From: Zancudomyces culisetae HAW-14-8
Taxonomy: Eukaryota; Fungi; Kickxellomycota
Direction: 5' to 3'
Length of the DNA stretch: 64,000 bases
Assembly (NCBI GenBank): GCA_052426225.1
Contig: JBNJNM010000008.1
Coordinates: forward strand, 372,001 to 436,000
The position numbers and the translations under genes were made by a program. Positions 61,401-64,000 of this stretch are shown here, one piece after another. The first letter of the stretch is position 1; each line of letters begins with the position of its first letter. The notes beneath the pieces were generated by a model. It did not search any database. It saw only the letters and a program-made list of their open reading frames with translations, and was not told where the DNA came from.

Positions 61401-62031
61401 CAGAGGCAAGACAGAGATTTTCACAAGATTCAGGAGCTACAAGGGATTCAAGATTGTTCACGGTAATTGCACCAGCATAGACAGTGTCTGGTGCCTTCAG
61501 ATGTTCTTTAAACTGGTTTGAGCCCACAAGAGAGATGTCTAGGTTGACATGGTTGGGCCCACAAGAAGTCAAGGTACAAGGCAGATGGACTATGTTCTCA
61601 GTCCAGTTGATGTCAGGATTGTGTTGTTGAAGCCAGGAAAGACCAAGGATGATTGGTGAAGATCCAAGGTCTATTTGTTGCAGATAGATACTTTCGAGAT
61701 GGTTATCGTTGATTTTTAGTGATACTTGGGAGGCAGAGTTGGATCTAAGCTTTGATCCGTCAGCGAGCGTGATTGTCATTTTTCTAGATATAGATGGTAG
61801 ATTGTTTTTTAGAGCAAAATTGGCGTCAATGAACGAGGACGAAGCACCAGAATCAACCATAGCGTAGGTTTTGATGTGGTGGTGCTTGGACAAGATGGTT
61901 ACAGGAATGGTCAAGGTGTTTGGTTTATCAGGAGATTGGGTGTCAGAAACAGGAGTGGTTACAGTGGCGTGGGGACTGGCTAAGTTGCCCAATAGGTGTC
62001 CCTTACTGTCTACTGGGCGGTGTCGTTTTCC
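58414..62031 (-). CDS. Chromovirus Pol (PR-RT-RNaseH-IN-chromodomain), -1 frame relative to gag
   Basis: MVDSGA, LCVDYRALN, YIDD, ETDASD, HHCC zinc finger, DFIT/SDRG/GQTER, GPF and the EYEVEKILD...YLVHWKGY chromodomain. Confidence 0.95.
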   Translation of the reverse strand, partial: GKRHRPVDSKGHLLGNLASPHATVTTPVSDTQSPDKPNTLTIPVTILSKHHHIKTYAMVDSGASSSFIDANFALKNNLPSISRKMTITLADGSKLRSNSASQVSLKINDNHLESIYLQQIDLGSSPIILGLSWLQQHNPDINWTENIVHLPCTLTSCGPNHVNLDISLVGSNQFKEHLKAPDTVYAGAITVNNLESLVAPESCENLCLASESNPETPVTPEIPEKYKMFESVFSESQSAKLPEHRPYDHTIPLLPDSKIPYGPLYNLSQLELKTLYDYIQENLANGFIQRSESPAGAPVLFVKKKDGSLRLCVDYRALNKITIPNRAALPLISETLDRLGKAKIFTKLDMKSAYHMIRITPGEEWKTAFRTRYGHFEYKVMPFGLMNAPATFQSFVNDLFREYIDQFLVVYIDDLLIYSYDIDKHYDHVCLVLKKLQEHNLTLKLEKCEFDVQSVQFLGFVIGSNGISMDPTKVSSVTEWKTPTCVRDVQVFLGLTNFYRRFILNYSKISLPLTALLKKGVQFQWTPKAEEAFALLKETMISNPVLAHYNPDQPCIIETDASDFALGAICSQYDNEGQLHPVAYYSRKLLPAEVNYQIYDKELLAIIDAFAHWRHYLEFSVHPTVVMTDHKNLEYFSTTRNLSRRQVRWSEYLSNFNFVIKYRPGKQNTAADALSRKDQPWKGGDSRTDQNKITLLPPEIFLKSMTSTPVEPLSSTLMNNIKSLQPKDTYFGPIYTDLSKKPDSHEKFALVDNLLHYDGLICIPSDDNIKRTILIECHDSPAAGHFGNAKTYELVSRNFYWPTMRKYIKDYISGCDTCQRNKSSRHKPYGYLAPLPVPDSPWSSVSVDFITQLPPSNNFTAICVFVDRLTKMAHFVPTTNEIDAEGTADLFIQHVFCKHGLPKDIVSDRGVTFNSSFMRTLMKSLNIEQKMSTAFHPQTDGQTERVNSVLEQYLRCYIDYQQTDWSKWLPIAEFAYNNTSHASTKTTPFYANYGFHPRFSVTIPRTQVLNPASSDRSKLLYDIHQELKFNISLALEDHEKYYNRKVSSQPDFNIDDLVYLSTKNIRTQRPSKKLDYRKLGPFKVLEKIGQRSYKLQLPHTMKIHPVFHVNLLEPCKPDLIPDRPSKPLPPVIIDGQEEYEVEKILDSKIFGRTVKYLVHWKGYPDTERTWQTYSDLANAKYLVTEFHRHHPEKPKPPQMLHGAQP

Positions 62032-63230
62032 TGTGTTGGTGTAATGCTGGAGATGTTGTGGCGTTTTTTTGGACAGTTGATGTTGAAATGGTCATTACCG
62101 CCACAATAGAGACAGAGGTTGTTTTCGATACGGTATGCTCTTTGAGCAGGAGTAAGTGGTGGTCTTCTAGTCGATGAAGCGGTACTGAGATCCATTGGTT
62201 GAGGTCCATCACTATTAGCTGGTGGAGTGGTAGATGGTGCAGAAACAGGTGAAGCAAACGGGTTGTAAGCAGTGGGTTTGGGTGGCATAGTTGCAGTGGG
62301 GTTAACTGGAGGTTGACGACGTTGTGGATGGCTGAAGAGGCGGTTGTCGATCTGGATGGCTGTAGAGATCAGGGTATCGATGTCTTCTATTGGTTCTCTA
62401 CGGTTGAGTTCTTGGGATACGTTGTACTTGAGACCGGATAGAAACTGTGAGATCAAAGGTGGTTGGTTCCAGTCAATTAACATCTGTAGGCGTCTAAACT
62501 CGGTGGCATATGCGGCAACGGAAGTGGTTTGGCGGAGTTGGCGGATTGCCCTATCAGCATTCTCAATAGGGTTGGGATCACCAAAGGCACGAGTGATAGT
62601 TTCTTTAAACAGATTGTAGTTGGAGAGGATGGCAGGACGATCAGACTCTGGAAGGTTTGCTTTCATGAGGTAAGGTTCCATGTAACTGAATGGTGTGCCT
62701 GAGAGGTAGGAGATGGCATACAAGACTTTACTTGAGTCTGTGTTGAATTTATCGGGTGAAGCGGCAAAGACGAGGGCAAGCTGTGAAAAGAAGTTGGAAC
62801 AGGCGGATGGTTTTCCTGAAAATGTGTCTGGGTGTCTGACTTTGATACTAGGTTCAGAAGTACTAGCAACTTTGGTGGCACGGTTTTCAGTTATATAAAG
62901 TATGACTTCGTTCCTGAGGGTACTGAGCTGGTCCTGAAGGGATTGGATTTCCAACTGATTGGCCTGTATGGCGCTTTGGGTTAGCTGGTCTGAATTCTGG
63001 ATATCGGACTGGAGGTTGTTCATGGAGTCAAGGATGGTCTGGATGGACTTGGTAGTGTCTGCTTTGACCTTGTCATAAATTTTCTTGGATACTGTGGCAG
63101 GGTGTTCCTTGATGGCAGACTCGGCTTTTTCTACTCTTATTAGTAGTTGCTGGAGGGCTTCTTCAACTGTTGGCAGGGTCACGGCGGCTTTGTTGAGGAA
63201 TTCAACTTGTTCTGGGCTAAACGGTTCCAT
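62010..63230 (-). CDS. Chromovirus Gag
   Basis: PDTFSG, KVLYAISYLSG, LRQTTSVAAYATEF, FLSGL, PQPMDL and the CLYCGGNDHFNINC zinc knuckle. Confidence 0.93.
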   Translation of the reverse strand: MEPFSPEQVEFLNKAAVTLPTVEEALQQLLIRVEKAESAIKEHPATVSKKIYDKVKADTTKSIQTILDSMNNLQSDIQNSDQLTQSAIQANQLEIQSLQDQLSTLRNEVILYITENRATKVASTSEPSIKVRHPDTFSGKPSACSNFFSQLALVFAASPDKFNTDSSKVLYAISYLSGTPFSYMEPYLMKANLPESDRPAILSNYNLFKETITRAFGDPNPIENADRAIRQLRQTTSVAAYATEFRRLQMLIDWNQPPLISQFLSGLKYNVSQELNRREPIEDIDTLISTAIQIDNRLFSHPQRRQPPVNPTATMPPKPTAYNPFASPVSAPSTTPPANSDGPQPMDLSTASSTRRPPLTPAQRAYRIENNLCLYCGGNDHFNINCPKKRHNISSITPTQENDTAQ

Positions 63231-63290
63231 GGTTAAAATACTTAGGCTGGTGTCAGAAAATAATAAATATAATATTTTGATCTAGTATAG

Positions 63291-63702
63291 TGTCAAGATC
63301 TGGAGTCTGGAAAGTTATATTTATTATTATTAAAGTTTATTGTATGAATGTATACAAGATACTAGATACTGAATCCAAGACAGGAAAATTGTACCCTTTT
63401 TATACTTTTTTCCAGCCTTGGTTTTTGAACAAAATCACTATGAAAACTGCGGAATAGCTAAAAATGCAAGTTAAAGAAAAACGTGTTTGATTACTAATCA
63501 AATTGGATTAGTAATCAAACAAAAATCAAACTCGAATGCTAATAAAATTAAACATGTGAAAATTATTACGTAAGAAAAATTAATAAATAATGTGAATTTT
63601 CGGTAATGTTCTAGAATGTTTCCCAACATTCTAAACATTACTGCGGAATAAAATCAGATGATTCTAGAACGTTTTCGAACATTCTAGAATCAGTTCATGA
63701 CA
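63291..63702 (-). repeat. 5' LTR (412 bp) with TATA box at about 63404-63398
   Basis: Direct repeat of 57990-58401; TATAAAA on the minus strand. Confidence 0.96.
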
Positions 63703-64000
63703 GAGTTGATAAAAACTGCAAGTTTTTCGGCACTGACTGCACCTCCGTCACGGATTGCTTCGTGCATGAAGTAATCCAAAGGTCTTGTAACGGCTGATAA
63801 ACGGTACTGGATGTCATATAACATCGCATCAGTACGTTTATTGTCACCTGATAACTTGATGTTTTCCTCTGGTGGTTCATAATCCATGCCAGAGTTTCTT
63901 GGGATGGCTGCGTAAAACTTCTTGCGTTCGACATCTGCCAGTGGTGTCCAAAAGAAATCCTGTTCAACTGTTGGTAGCGCCTTTTGCAGTTTTGGATACA

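Larger units (their letters stand above)
57990..63702 (-). mobile_element. Full-length Ty3/gypsy chromovirus LTR retrotransposon
   Basis: TG...CA LTRs at 57990-58401 and 63291-63702, TSD GAGTT (57985-57989 and 63703-63707), PPT at about 58405-58415, intact gag and pol. Confidence 0.97.
53703..64000 (-). mobile_element. DIRS-type tyrosine-recombinase retrotransposon (5' end outside the window), disrupted by two insertions
   Basis: gag-like ORF, RT-RNaseH-methyltransferase, tyrosine recombinase, and terminal/internal complementary repeats. Confidence 0.92.
57615..64000 (-). pseudogene. DIRS gag-like ORF split by the chromovirus (64000-63703 joined to 57984-57615)
   Basis: ...DIQYRLSAVTRPLDYF...AVFINS|IRVLLADVASNITQQR... 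is continuous once the insertion and one TSD are removed. Confidence 0.85.

Noticed and set aside
62010-62012. Stop-codon readthrough for chromovirus Gag-Pol
   Set aside because: Pol is not in the gag frame, and another UAG follows nine codons later.

Overview
AT-rich, gene-dense eukaryotic DNA. It looks like an early-diverging fungus, plausibly Kickxellomycotina/Harpellales-like; this is inferred from the gene set, short GT-AG introns and TE types, not from a search. Bases 1-53.7 kb hold housekeeping and accessory genes: a multi-exon AMFR/HRD1-type RING ligase, a bromodomain protein, mitochondrial MetRS, Hook, a USP36-like DUB, two trypsin-family genes, topoisomerase III, a CBR4/FabG-like SDR, ATG15, EAF6, RPN8, a slicer-type Argonaute, phospholipase D, Nup170/155 and a 33-Cys metallothionein-like protein. 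Bases 53.7-64 kb are a nest of three retroelements. The host is a DIRS (tyrosine-recombinase) retrotransposon on the minus strand, running off the window. Its gag is interrupted by a young, intact Ty3/gypsy chromovirus (412-bp LTRs, 1 mismatch, GAGTT TSD), and its methyltransferase domain is interrupted by an unrelated 616-bp solo LTR (AAAAC TSD). Removing both insertions restores gag, pol and a frame of at least 1159 codons that overprints gag and pol and runs into the recombinase. Most interesting signals: the DIRS three-frame junction (AAU UUU CGG), Tf1-like self-priming and a -1 frameshift pseudoknot in the chromovirus, a 5'-purine to 3'-pyrimidine flip in synonymous codon use within genes, abutting convergent stop codons, a trypsin with very large loop insertions, a long modular metallothionein, and two candidate structured RNAs.
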